Virus record (IMG/VR): IMGVR_UViG_3300037510_000344
Location: 1-41,448 of that record
Direction: 5' to 3' (one strand)
DNA: 41,448 nt
From: a virus
Lineage: Duplodnaviria; Caudoviricetes
The notes beneath the pieces are model-generated. The model did not search any database and was not told where the DNA came from. It saw only the letters and a list, made by a program, of their open reading frames with translations. Below, in pieces: positions 1 through 8,025 of the stretch. Within the stretch, counting starts at the first letter, position 1; each line of letters begins with the position of its first letter. The position numbers were made by a program, and so were the translations under genes.

Positions 1-14
1 AACAGGGTCACGGT
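1..14. repeat. Left copy of 14-bp terminal direct repeat (AACAGGGTCACGGT)
   Basis: Identical to 41435-41448, the last 14 nt of the window. Confidence 0.95.
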
Positions 15-240
15 TGATCTCTCTTTTCAGTTAGTCTCCATAACCTCTAGAAAGCCTTCGTTGTGAAGATTGGCTAATAAACGTCAATTCCTGTCGATCT
101 ATAAGAAAAACCTTATACGAGGAAATTTTCGGGTGCTTATTGGGTTATGCGAGGGGAACGACCATGGAGGGCCTGTGGCGCGTCAAGCGGAAGGTAAAAC
201 GGGCCACATCCGAACCGAGTTCAGACCACGATGTATCGGC

Positions 241-453
241 ATGACCGGATTTATCCCAATTTTAGCCGTAGTCTCGACCGGGGGACTCGTCGGTCTCTTG
301 GTGTGGCTTCTGGTCCTTGCGCTCGTGCTTTGGCTGATCTGGCTAATCCTGGGCCTGCTGCCATTGCCGGAGCCGATCAAGAGCATCATTGCGGTCATCA
401 TCGCGCTGGTTGCGTTGCTGGCGATCCTGTCGCGGATTGGGATTGTTCTTTGA
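241..453 (+). CDS. Small two-helix membrane protein
   Basis: 70 aa from ATG 241, two long hydrophobic stretches separated by LPLPEPIK; the upstream part of ORF 70..453 looks non-coding. Confidence 0.7.
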   Translation: MTGFIPILAVVSTGGLVGLLVWLLVLALVLWLIWLILGLLPLPEPIKSIIAVIIALVALLAILSRIGIVL

Positions 454-482
454 CGTCTCGGAAAACCGTGGCATTCTCGGGC

Positions 483-556
483 AGCAGGTTGGTGTAGTAG
501 CAACATTTCGGGCTCATAACCCGAGGCCAAGGGTGCGATTCCCTTACCTGCAACCA
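483..556 (+). tRNA. tRNA-Met (CAT), initiator-like
   Basis: Cloverleaf: GCAGGT/ACCTGC acceptor with 1:72 A.A mismatch, anticodon arm TCGGG-CTCATAA-CCCGA with three G-C pairs, T arm AAGGG/CCCTT, A73, encoded CCA. Confidence 0.85.
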
Positions 557-584
557 ATTTCACTTCCGGGGCCACCGAATAGGT

Positions 585-615
585 ACAGCCGGGGTCTTCG
601 GGCCTCGGCTGTTTT
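585..615 (+). terminator. Intrinsic terminator downstream of tRNA-Met
   Basis: 12-bp stem ACAGCCGGGGTC/GGCCTCGGCTGT with TTCG tetraloop, followed by a short T run. Confidence 0.65.
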
Positions 616-676
616 GCGTTACGGGTAAACCTAAGGACTCGTTGCGCGCATTGAGAGCCGCCAGCAAGATGCCCGA

Positions 677-1399
677 ATGAAAGAGCGACCAATACTTTTC
701 AGTACCCCTATGGTGCGAGCCATTCTCGATGGGCGGAAGACGCAGACGCGGAGGATCTGCAAATGCATCTGCAATAGCATCCATCACGGAGGAAACCCGG
801 TGAAACTCCTTGGAGAATGGGGCCTTTCAACCCCTCCATTTCAGTGGGATGGAGAAGAATACCCATGGAATTGGACCGGTGAACGCGCTCCCAAAAAGTG
901 GGATTGGATCGAGGAATTCCAGACCGAAGTCGATGATCACGCTACCGCACCAGTTCGCTGCCCGTGGTCCGTTGGGGAACATCTCTGGGTCAAGGAAACT
1001 TGGCGAACCAACCGAAACTGGGACCACCTTGCGCCCAATGAGCTTCCGATCCACGACGACATCCTCACGGCTCAGTCGCAAATCGACTACCTTGCCGACG
1101 GAACCAAAAGCCAGCATGGCAAAACTCGTGTCTCCATCCACATGCCGCGGTGGGCATCCCGAATTGATCTGGAGATCACCGAGATTCGCGTGCAGCGATT
1201 GCAGGACATCAGCGAGGAGGACATCCTGTCCGAGGGCGTAACGGTGGATCGGGTAGCGGAGTGGTGCAATTACCCTTGGTCGAGCATTCCTACTCTCCAT
1301 CACGCTTGGAAAGTGCTCTGGGAATCGATCAACGGTGCCGACTCATGGAGCGCCAATCCATGGGTGTGGGCCATCAACTTCAAGCGAGTAAACGGGTAA
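677..1399 (+). CDS. ASCH/PUA-like conserved phage protein
   Basis: Family-typical motifs ERPILFSTPMVRAILDGRKTQTRR, SIHMPRWASRI, RLQDISEED, NPWVW. Confidence 0.75.
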   Translation: MKERPILFSTPMVRAILDGRKTQTRRICKCICNSIHHGGNPVKLLGEWGLSTPPFQWDGEEYPWNWTGERAPKKWDWIEEFQTEVDDHATAPVRCPWSVGEHLWVKETWRTNRNWDHLAPNELPIHDDILTAQSQIDYLADGTKSQHGKTRVSIHMPRWASRIDLEITEIRVQRLQDISEEDILSEGVTVDRVAEWCNYPWSSIPTLHHAWKVLWESINGADSWSANPWVWAINFKRVNG

Positions 1400-1447
1400 A
1401 CCTCCGCCGGAATTGACTCACTGCCGATGCGCGGGCAACTTCGGGAC

Positions 1448-1684
1448 ATGAACGCAAGCCAACGAGAGAACCCGAAAGCATACCAAGCCGTGAATGGAGT
1501 GGATGTCACGGCTGACTGGCACGCCGCCAACAACGCCCAGATTTACCGGGAGACGGCAGCGATGTTTTACGCGGCGTTGCTGGCGCGGCCCTGTGAGAGC
1601 AATACGCCTATGCTGGCTGATGCAGCAATTCTGCACGCTGAAGCCTTTTTCGCCGAACTGGACCGCCGATTCGCGAAGCCATGA
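1448..1684 (+). CDS. Hypothetical protein (probably leaderless)
   Basis: ATG 1448 lies 35 nt after TTGACT (1413); ATGA overlap with the next gene. Confidence 0.6.
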   Translation: MNASQRENPKAYQAVNGVDVTADWHAANNAQIYRETAAMFYAALLARPCESNTPMLADAAILHAEAFFAELDRRFAKP

Positions 1685-1884
1685 TCATCTCAGTCCTTAA
1701 ACCTTGTCCGTTCTGCGGAGATTCAGATGCTGAAGTCGCAGATAGTGATGTGCCCACTATTCACGGAAACAAAAAGGTCGCAGTTTTCTGCAACGCGTGT
1801 TTCTGCGAAGGACCTACCGCCAACTGCGAGTCAGATGCCATTGAACTTTGGAACCGCCGATTCGCGAAGGAGGACGGGAAGTGA
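1681..1884 (+). CDS. lar: Lar-family restriction alleviation zinc-finger protein
   Basis: LKPCPFCG...CNAC...AIELWNRR signature. Confidence 0.75.
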   Translation: MIISVLKPCPFCGDSDAEVADSDVPTIHGNKKVAVFCNACFCEGPTANCESDAIELWNRRFAKEDGK

Positions 1885-2132
1885 GCAATCTGGCCATCAT
1901 CGAGGCAGCTTCGAATCAGGAACTTGGTGTACAGCTAGCCGAGCTTTGCCGGGCCGGGCATCCGATGTTGCTGCATCAGGAAAACGGATGGGTTTGCCGT
2001 GTGGAAATGCACGTCGCCGCAGCGGGAACATCCTTCACTATCCGGTCGGAATCTGGGCATGTATCGCCACTTTGTGCTGTCAGCCAATGCCTTGGCCGAG
2101 TGGTGGCTGCGCTTCAACAATACGCATCATGA
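1881..2132 (+). CDS. Hypothetical protein
   Basis: GTG start overlapping the upstream stop (GTGA); in-operon ORF. Confidence 0.6.
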   Translation: MSNLAIIEAASNQELGVQLAELCRAGHPMLLHQENGWVCRVEMHVAAAGTSFTIRSESGHVSPLCAVSQCLGRVVAALQQYAS

Positions 2133-2189
2133 CCCCCGCCGGCACCATCCTCGCGTTTCTCGAACAGGCACAGCAGCGGGACATTGACT

Positions 2190-2585
2190 ATGAAAATAAT
2201 TGATCCCGGACATAGATACAGTCTATTGACGCTCGACGGAAGCGGAGAGCAGGAATTGCGCTTTGTGAAGCGGGTCGATCCAGATCGCCCGTGGCGCTTT
2301 CCAGGAAATACGAATGCGCATAGCGGGACGACGATGCAGAGCGTTATTCGCGCTCTGTTGGAGAGACTGAAGTATCTTCAGAATCAAGTTTGGGCTCTGG
2401 AAAACGTGCCAATAATTTTCGCGCTTCGATGCAGCCTTTGGCTGCTAGAGTTCCGCGCCGCGCGTCGCCATCACCGATGCTATTGGCACGGGTTCACGTT
2501 CGCTGAGACCTCTCAGCTCTGTCCACGCTGCGGGCACACGACATGTGAGCACGTCGATAACGCCCAAGCTGAGCAGCGGCCATGA
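2190..2585 (+). CDS. Putative Tad1-like (Thoeris anti-defence sponge) protein with C-terminal Cys cluster
   Basis: Pattern HxY...FxK...GTT...ERLKYLQ...EN...LxxLxxRxxRR recalls Tad1; ends in CPRCGHTTC. Confidence 0.45.
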   Translation: MKIIDPGHRYSLLTLDGSGEQELRFVKRVDPDRPWRFPGNTNAHSGTTMQSVIRALLERLKYLQNQVWALENVPIIFALRCSLWLLEFRAARRHHRCYWHGFTFAETSQLCPRCGHTTCEHVDNAQAEQRP

Positions 2586-2911
2586 AAACACAAACCGACA
2601 TCGACATAGAGATGGCTGGAAAAGAATTGACGGTCTATGAGACGCAATCGCCGCCTGCTCCGGCTCCAAGTTCTGTGCACTGGGGGGAGCCCCTTCGGAT
2701 CACGAGCGATGACTGCGACAAGTCCCCTATGGACTTAGTGATTCAGCAAGGTGGTAACGGTGACTGGTACATTGCGATCCTTCCTGAGGGGTATGTCATC
2801 GGTCCGGCCGTGAGGCTTTCCACAAGTGGCGGTGCATCGTCACGAGTGCCCGGTTTCACAGTGGCGATCGCGGCGGCTTATCGCGCGCTTTTTGAAGCAC
2901 AGTACAGCTAA
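2582..2911 (+). CDS. Hypothetical protein, paralog of 21890-22135
   Basis: Shares DDCDKS...QGGNGDWYIxILPEG...IGPxVRxSTSGGAS.RVPG with the minus-strand copy. Confidence 0.75.
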   Translation: MKTQTDIDIEMAGKELTVYETQSPPAPAPSSVHWGEPLRITSDDCDKSPMDLVIQQGGNGDWYIAILPEGYVIGPAVRLSTSGGASSRVPGFTVAIAAAYRALFEAQYS

Positions 2912-2922
2912 TTGAACAACCC

Positions 2923-3381
2923 ATGCCAGCCGAAAAACCCGATAAAAAGCGCCGCGGACCGAAGATTCAAACCGGCATTCGCTGGACCATTGGCATGATT
3001 GCATCGGAGTTCAATAAACCGCACGAACAAGTGAGAGCGTTGGTGCGACGTTCCGGCGTAATTCCGGGAAGCGACGAATGTTTCAGCACGGTTCAATGCG
3101 CTCAAATCTTTTTCGACCCGAATAAGTCGATGCTTCAGGAGCACGAACGAGTAGCGGCTGAGCGAAACGCGGAAACGGCGCAGATTGAGCACGCGAGGGC
3201 CATGAATCAGGTCGTAATGCTGGAGGACGCGCAGGCCTTCTGGAACGACGGGTTCGCTAAGATCATCGGGACCATTCAGGACGCGGATTACATCGACTCC
3301 GATTCGAGGTCTCGGCTTGTGCTGGAGATGAACGCGATCGACGTTGATCCTAAGGCGATTGGGAAGGCAGATCGGGAATGA
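2923..3381 (+). CDS. Terminase small subunit (putative)
   Basis: Position before TerL; N-terminal HTH-like segment followed by coiled coil, as in Nu1-type proteins. Confidence 0.6.
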   Translation: MPAEKPDKKRRGPKIQTGIRWTIGMIASEFNKPHEQVRALVRRSGVIPGSDECFSTVQCAQIFFDPNKSMLQEHERVAAERNAETAQIEHARAMNQVVMLEDAQAFWNDGFAKIIGTIQDADYIDSDSRSRLVLEMNAIDVDPKAIGKADRE

Positions 3382-3464
3382 TGCGGATTTGCCAACGGTG
3401 TAAAAAGGCTTGGTGGAGTGGCGGATTGAACAAGATTTGTCGCTCCTGTCGCTACAGCACATGA
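3378..3464 (+). CDS. 28-aa Cys4 microprotein (MMRICQRCKKAWWSGGLNKICRSCRYST)
   Basis: Not in the ORF track; ATGA overlaps with both the TerS stop and the TerL ATG at 3461; two CxxC motifs. Confidence 0.55.
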   Translation: MMRICQRCKKAWWSGGLNKICRSCRYST

Positions 3465-5479
3465 CCCCATCTCTCCGAAACCGACTCTCCGAAAACTGCG
3501 CGAATGCATTTAAGGCAGCATGGAAAAGCGCGCTGAAATTTCGGCGGATTCGAAAGCCGAGCGAATGGGCGGTTGAGGAAAGGTTTTTGGCGGTTGGGAG
3601 TTCACCCTTGGTGGAGACGCAGGCGAAGCGGTTCACACACGACAGCTTTCCGCACTGTGTGGAGCAGATGGATTCCCTAGACGATCCCTCCGTGAAATTC
3701 CTCGTGATTTGGGCCGCGATCCGCGACGGGAAGACTTCTTCGGTCTGCCTCTCGGGCATCGGTCGCATGGTGGACGATACCGGCGGAAACGCCTACAGCG
3801 TTCATCCAACTGAAGACGACGCGGATAAGTTCTCCGAGCAAGACCTAGAAACGATGATCGAAAGTTCTCCGTCGATTCGAGAGAAGTTCGTGAAGCGGAA
3901 AAGTCGGGACGCGGGGCGAACCAAAGGATTCAAAAAATATTCGGGCGGTTCGATCCGAATCGTGACAGCGGGGAGCGCGACCAAATTCCGAGGGACCTCG
4001 GTTCGTTTGATGTGCCTGCACGAGCTGGATGCGTTGCCAGCTGAGATCATCGCCAAAGCCGAGGGCCGCGTGAAGGGCTACCGCAAAGGCAAGATCATCA
4101 AGGAATCAACCTGCACAAGCGCCCCGGAGCTAAACGACAAGGGCGAAATCAAGCAGTACCGATCAAATATCCATGAGGCCTACGACCTTGGCGACCAGAG
4201 AAATTGGTTCTGCTCCTGCAAAAAGTGCGGTCATCTCCAGACGATCAAGTTCAAGCAGTTCGGCTGCGAAGACGGCGACATGGCCAAAGGGCACTATGCC
4301 TGCGAAGCCTGCGAATACCAGCACAGCCCAGCCGAATTCAGAACCATCTGCGCGACCGGGAAATGGTTCCCTACTGCCGGCCTTACCGATGAAGAAAAAG
4401 AGGACATTCTCGCCAACTTCCACAAGGCCAAGGCCAAAAATCCCGCCGTACGCAGCTACTGGCGAAACGGGTTTAATTCCCTGCTCCCGCATCACGAGAG
4501 CTACGCCAACAAGATCCACGAATACTTGGCTGAAGCTGAGGACGCGAAACGGGACCCCCAGAAATTCAAGACGTGGCAGAACGAAATCGCGGCGGAACTT
4601 CACAACCCAGAATCAGAGTCAGAAGCGGCTCCAGATTGGCAACCGATTTACAACCGCCGCGAAAACTACGCCGACGAGAAGGGCAATATCATTGTTCCAC
4701 GTGGCGCATTGTGGATGGGAATCGGAATCGACGTGCACCCTGACCGGATCGAGTTCGGCAAGATCGGGTATGGCCGGCGTGAAGAGGCATGGCATCTCAG
4801 ATCCGGCGTAGTTTGGGGAGACAAGCACGACGAGGCTACATGGACCGAATTGGAAGGAGAGCTTCAGCGGGCCTATACACACGAATTGGGGGGCCAGCTC
4901 GGGGTTGGGCTTGCATTCTGCGACTGTAGTCACGGCGCAGAACAGGTGGGCCGATGGTTGCTGAGTCTGCGCGACAAGGGATCGCCCCTTTACCGCAAGG
5001 TCTTCGCTTGCCGCGGCGCCATCACCTTTCCTCACCCCATCGTTGTTGATCGTCACACGCGGTTAATGAAAAACCTGTTCGGATTCTGGGTCGGCGGTGA
5101 CGAGGGTAAGGACTACATTTACGCCAAGCTTCGAGCGCCGATCATCACCAACCAGATTGTGCCCGATGGATTCCGGCACTACGGAAAGAATTGTGACCGG
5201 AAGTTTTTCGAGCAGCTCACGGCGGAACAAGTTTCCATCGAGTTCAAAAACGGGGAAGAGATCCGGCGGTACAAAAACCCACTGAAACGAAGGAATGAGC
5301 AACTCGACTTGGCGCTTTACAGCCTAGCCGCATTCAAGCTGAGGCAGCGCCGAATCGATTGGGACGCGTTGGAAAAAGAGCTTACGGTTGAGGTCAAAGC
5401 GGAGAAAAAACCGGCGGCAGAGAAGTCGAATCCGTTCGCCAGCATGGCCGGCGCATCCGGGATCGCTCGTCGGTGGTGA
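3461..5479 (+). CDS. terL: Terminase large subunit, lambda gpA family
   Basis: PSEWA N-terminus, Walker A-like AIRDGKT, Walker B-like LMCLHELD, zinc ribbon CKKCGH...CEAC, nuclease motifs GIDVH and RNEQLD, QLTAE. Confidence 0.92.
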   Translation: MTPSLRNRLSENCANAFKAAWKSALKFRRIRKPSEWAVEERFLAVGSSPLVETQAKRFTHDSFPHCVEQMDSLDDPSVKFLVIWAAIRDGKTSSVCLSGIGRMVDDTGGNAYSVHPTEDDADKFSEQDLETMIESSPSIREKFVKRKSRDAGRTKGFKKYSGGSIRIVTAGSATKFRGTSVRLMCLHELDALPAEIIAKAEGRVKGYRKGKIIKESTCTSAPELNDKGEIKQYRSNIHEAYDLGDQRNWFCSCKKCGHLQTIKFKQFGCEDGDMAKGHYACEACEYQHSPAEFRTICATGKWFPTAGLTDEEKEDILANFHKAKAKNPAVRSYWRNGFNSLLPHHESYANKIHEYLAEAEDAKRDPQKFKTWQNEIAAELHNPESESEAAPDWQPIYNRRENYADEKGNIIVPRGALWMGIGIDVHPDRIEFGKIGYGRREEAWHLRSGVVWGDKHDEATWTELEGELQRAYTHELGGQLGVGLAFCDCSHGAEQVGRWLLSLRDKGSPLYRKVFACRGAITFPHPIVVDRHTRLMKNLFGFWVGGDEGKDYIYAKLRAPIITNQIVPDGFRHYGKNCDRKFFEQLTAEQVSIEFKNGEEIRRYKNPLKRRNEQLDLALYSLAAFKLRQRRIDWDALEKELTVEVKAEKKPAAEKSNPFASMAGASGIARRW

Positions 5480-5515
5480 TTGACTTCTCAAACTTGAGAG
5501 CCTATCAGGCGGGAC
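5480..5515 (+). promoter_or_regulatory. Promoter with palindromic box TCTCA-AACT-TGAGA (5486-5499)
   Basis: TTGACT-N17-TATCAG; ATG 36 nt after the start of the -35 hexamer. Confidence 0.6.
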
Positions 5516-6142
5516 ATGCAACCGCCGCTTTGGTTTCAGGGTGGGCTGTGCCTGATTGAGGCCGGCAACACCTACACCACCACCCAGACCCTCACCGGAT
5601 ACCCGGCAACGCTCTACACGGCGGCGCTTGTCTTCAACCGCCCAGGAATCGCGCCAATCATCGTCAATGCGACTGCCGATGGCGAAAAGTTCGTCCTGAC
5701 CATCACCGGGACAACCTTCACGAATGCCACTGCGGGCCAGTTCGATTTTGCGATTTACCTGACCAAGATCGCCGACACCACGCGGAGCACCTACATCACG
5801 GGAGTAGTAAATGTGGAGCAGAACCTTGCAGTGGCGTACGAGCCTACAGAGGCCGAGGCCCAACTTACTGCCCTGAACGCGACAATCGATGCGCTCATGG
5901 CCACTGGCGAAGAGGGGGCGGTTGAATCGGCCAGTTTCAACGGCCAGAGCTACACCAAACGGGATCTTCCATCTCTTTATCTTTTGCAGACCCAGATGGA
6001 GGCAAAGGTTTACCGAGAAAAGCTTAAGCGTGACAGCCTTCGAGGGGACAACCACTCCCGAAACATGGGGCCGGTCATGCTGCCCGTGGGCCAAGGGATT
6101 GGTCGATGGGGATATCCATTCCCATATCCTTTTACACCATGA
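5516..6142 (+). CDS. Head-tail adaptor, gpW-like C-terminus with beta-rich N-terminal extension
   Basis: Between TerL and portal; ASFNGQSYTKRDLPSL resembles the gpW hairpin-helix. Confidence 0.6.
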   Translation: MQPPLWFQGGLCLIEAGNTYTTTQTLTGYPATLYTAALVFNRPGIAPIIVNATADGEKFVLTITGTTFTNATAGQFDFAIYLTKIADTTRSTYITGVVNVEQNLAVAYEPTEAEAQLTALNATIDALMATGEEGAVESASFNGQSYTKRDLPSLYLLQTQMEAKVYREKLKRDSLRGDNHSRNMGPVMLPVGQGIGRWGYPFPYPFTP

Positions 6143-7932
6143 GTTCCCGAAAACCACAGAAGCGGTCAGCGCCCTCAAAAAAGCGTCCGCAACAGCAACA
6201 ACAACGCACCTTTCGGGAAGTCCTCGCCACTGGCGATCTATTCCAGGATTGGCCCATCAACCCAATCTCTCTGGATTCGGATGTTTGGCAGAACATTTTG
6301 ATTATCCGTCAGCGTTCGCGCGACCTTTTCCGAACCAACGAATATTTTCAGAACTACCGTGACGAGATGTGGCAAAACGTCCTTGGGGACAATGGCCATG
6401 TCCTGCGCATGAGGATTCTGGAAATGGAAGATCGAGCGGTGAAATCGCCAGACGAGAAAGTTCTGCGTGCCGCCTTCTTCAAGCGACGCGCTAGAATTCT
6501 CGAATGGGCTGCAACCAAAACCACGGCTCGCCTGCGCACCATGATTCGCAATCGATCGCGCGAAATGTCTGGAATCGCGCGCGCCCAAATGATCGAAGCC
6601 GGCCAGCCCGACATTTACGCGAATCAACTGATCGAGGCGAAATGGAAGGACTGGAGCCGTGCCCAGAACTGCGATGTCCGCCAATCGCGCGATTATCAGA
6701 TGCTGCGGCAAATGCGGCTAATCAATGCGACGCAGGACGGAGGCTTTTTCATCCGCATGATTCGTGACCCGAAAGTCAACGAATACGGCTTTGCACTTCA
6801 GGGGATCAACGATGAATGGTGCGATTTCTGGGCTAACGGCCAGAGCGTTGATGGCAATGAAGTGCGCATGGGGATCGAGTACAAAAACAATTCGTGGGGC
6901 CTCGGAAAGCCGGTGTCGTATCTCTTCATCAAACGGCAGCCGAACGATTGGCAATTTGCGATTCCGGGCGCTGTCGGCCTTGGTGATGGGTCGCTCCACA
7001 ACCGTATTTCCGCAGATGACATTATCCACTACGCTCGGTTCATGGATAACGATTCCACGCGGCCCGCGCCGTGGTGTGCCAGCGTCATTCCAAAGGTTCA
7101 CCAACTGAATCAATTTGAGCTGGCAGAGGTCATTGCGGCTCGTGTCGCCGCCTGCAAAATGGCGTTTGCGGAAGCGGAACCCTACGGTCCTCCAGAGGGG
7201 GGATTTTTGGACGCACCTCCTGACCCTCTGCAAATCAACCAGCTTCGGCTAAAGATGATTCCCGGAAGCATGCAAGGGGTGCCGTATGGCGTGAAGATGA
7301 AGGCGCTGGATTTCAACCATCCGACGCAGAATTTCCCCGAGTTCCGCAAGGGAATGCTCCGCAGCGTCTGCGCCGGTATGCCGGGAGCCAGCTACGCCAT
7401 TCTTGGCCACGATTACGAGGGAATCAACTTCAGCGCCGGCAAACTCGATCGACTCAGCTACACCGATGCTTGGCGCATGATTCAGCGGTTCGACATCGAA
7501 AAGGCGGAACGACCGATCTTCGAGGCTTGGTTGGAAATGGCGCTGACGACGGGTGCGATTCCGTTGCCGCTTTCCAAGTTCAAGAAGTTCAACAAACCGC
7601 ATTTCCAGGGTCGCCGCTGGTCCGCGGTTGAGCCCTATAAGGACGTTGAGCCGACGCTTCTTCTGATCGCCAACAAGCTCACGAGTCGGACGCGCACCGT
7701 TGAGGAACAAAACGGCATTGATTACGAAGAGCTGCTTTACGAGATCGCGGAGGAAGAAATGCTGATGGAAGAGCTGGGCATGAGCACGCAGGTTGTGAGC
7801 CTCGCCAAACCTCAGGCCGAACCGGATGGAGACGAGGAGGATTCCGGGGACGATTCAGGAGATAATGAAGACGGCGAAACAACCACAACCGGAAAAAGCA
7901 GACTCAACGGAGTGCTCAACGGTCATTCCTGA
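6139..7932 (+). CDS. Portal protein, lambda gpB family
   Basis: IRQRSRDLFRTN, GIEY...GKPVSY, IIHYA...RPAPW, DYEGINFSAGK motifs; ATG 6139 overlaps upstream stop. Confidence 0.9.
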   Translation: MSSRKPQKRSAPSKKRPQQQQQRTFREVLATGDLFQDWPINPISLDSDVWQNILIIRQRSRDLFRTNEYFQNYRDEMWQNVLGDNGHVLRMRILEMEDRAVKSPDEKVLRAAFFKRRARILEWAATKTTARLRTMIRNRSREMSGIARAQMIEAGQPDIYANQLIEAKWKDWSRAQNCDVRQSRDYQMLRQMRLINATQDGGFFIRMIRDPKVNEYGFALQGINDEWCDFWANGQSVDGNEVRMGIEYKNNSWGLGKPVSYLFIKRQPNDWQFAIPGAVGLGDGSLHNRISADDIIHYARFMDNDSTRPAPWCASVIPKVHQLNQFELAEVIAARVAACKMAFAEAEPYGPPEGGFLDAPPDPLQINQLRLKMIPGSMQGVPYGVKMKALDFNHPTQNFPEFRKGMLRSVCAGMPGASYAILGHDYEGINFSAGKLDRLSYTDAWRMIQRFDIEKAERPIFEAWLEMALTTGAIPLPLSKFKKFNKPHFQGRRWSAVEPYKDVEPTLLLIANKLTSRTRTVEEQNGIDYEELLYEIAEEEMLMEELGMSTQVVSLAKPQAEPDGDEEDSGDDSGDNEDGETTTTGKSRLNGVLNGHS

Positions 7933-7936
7933 GAGC

Positions 7937-7965
7937 TTGACTCGCAAAACTGCGAAGCGTAAGAG
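7937..7965 (+). promoter_or_regulatory. Promoter with palindromic box TCGCA-AAAC-TGCGA (7942-7955)
   Basis: TTGACT-N17-TAAGAG upstream of the protease-capsid gene. Confidence 0.55.
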
Positions 7966-8025
7966 GCATCCCAGTCCGATGCCAGAGCCGCGGACAATCC
8001 ACCGCGAACCAATCTTATTCCGACG

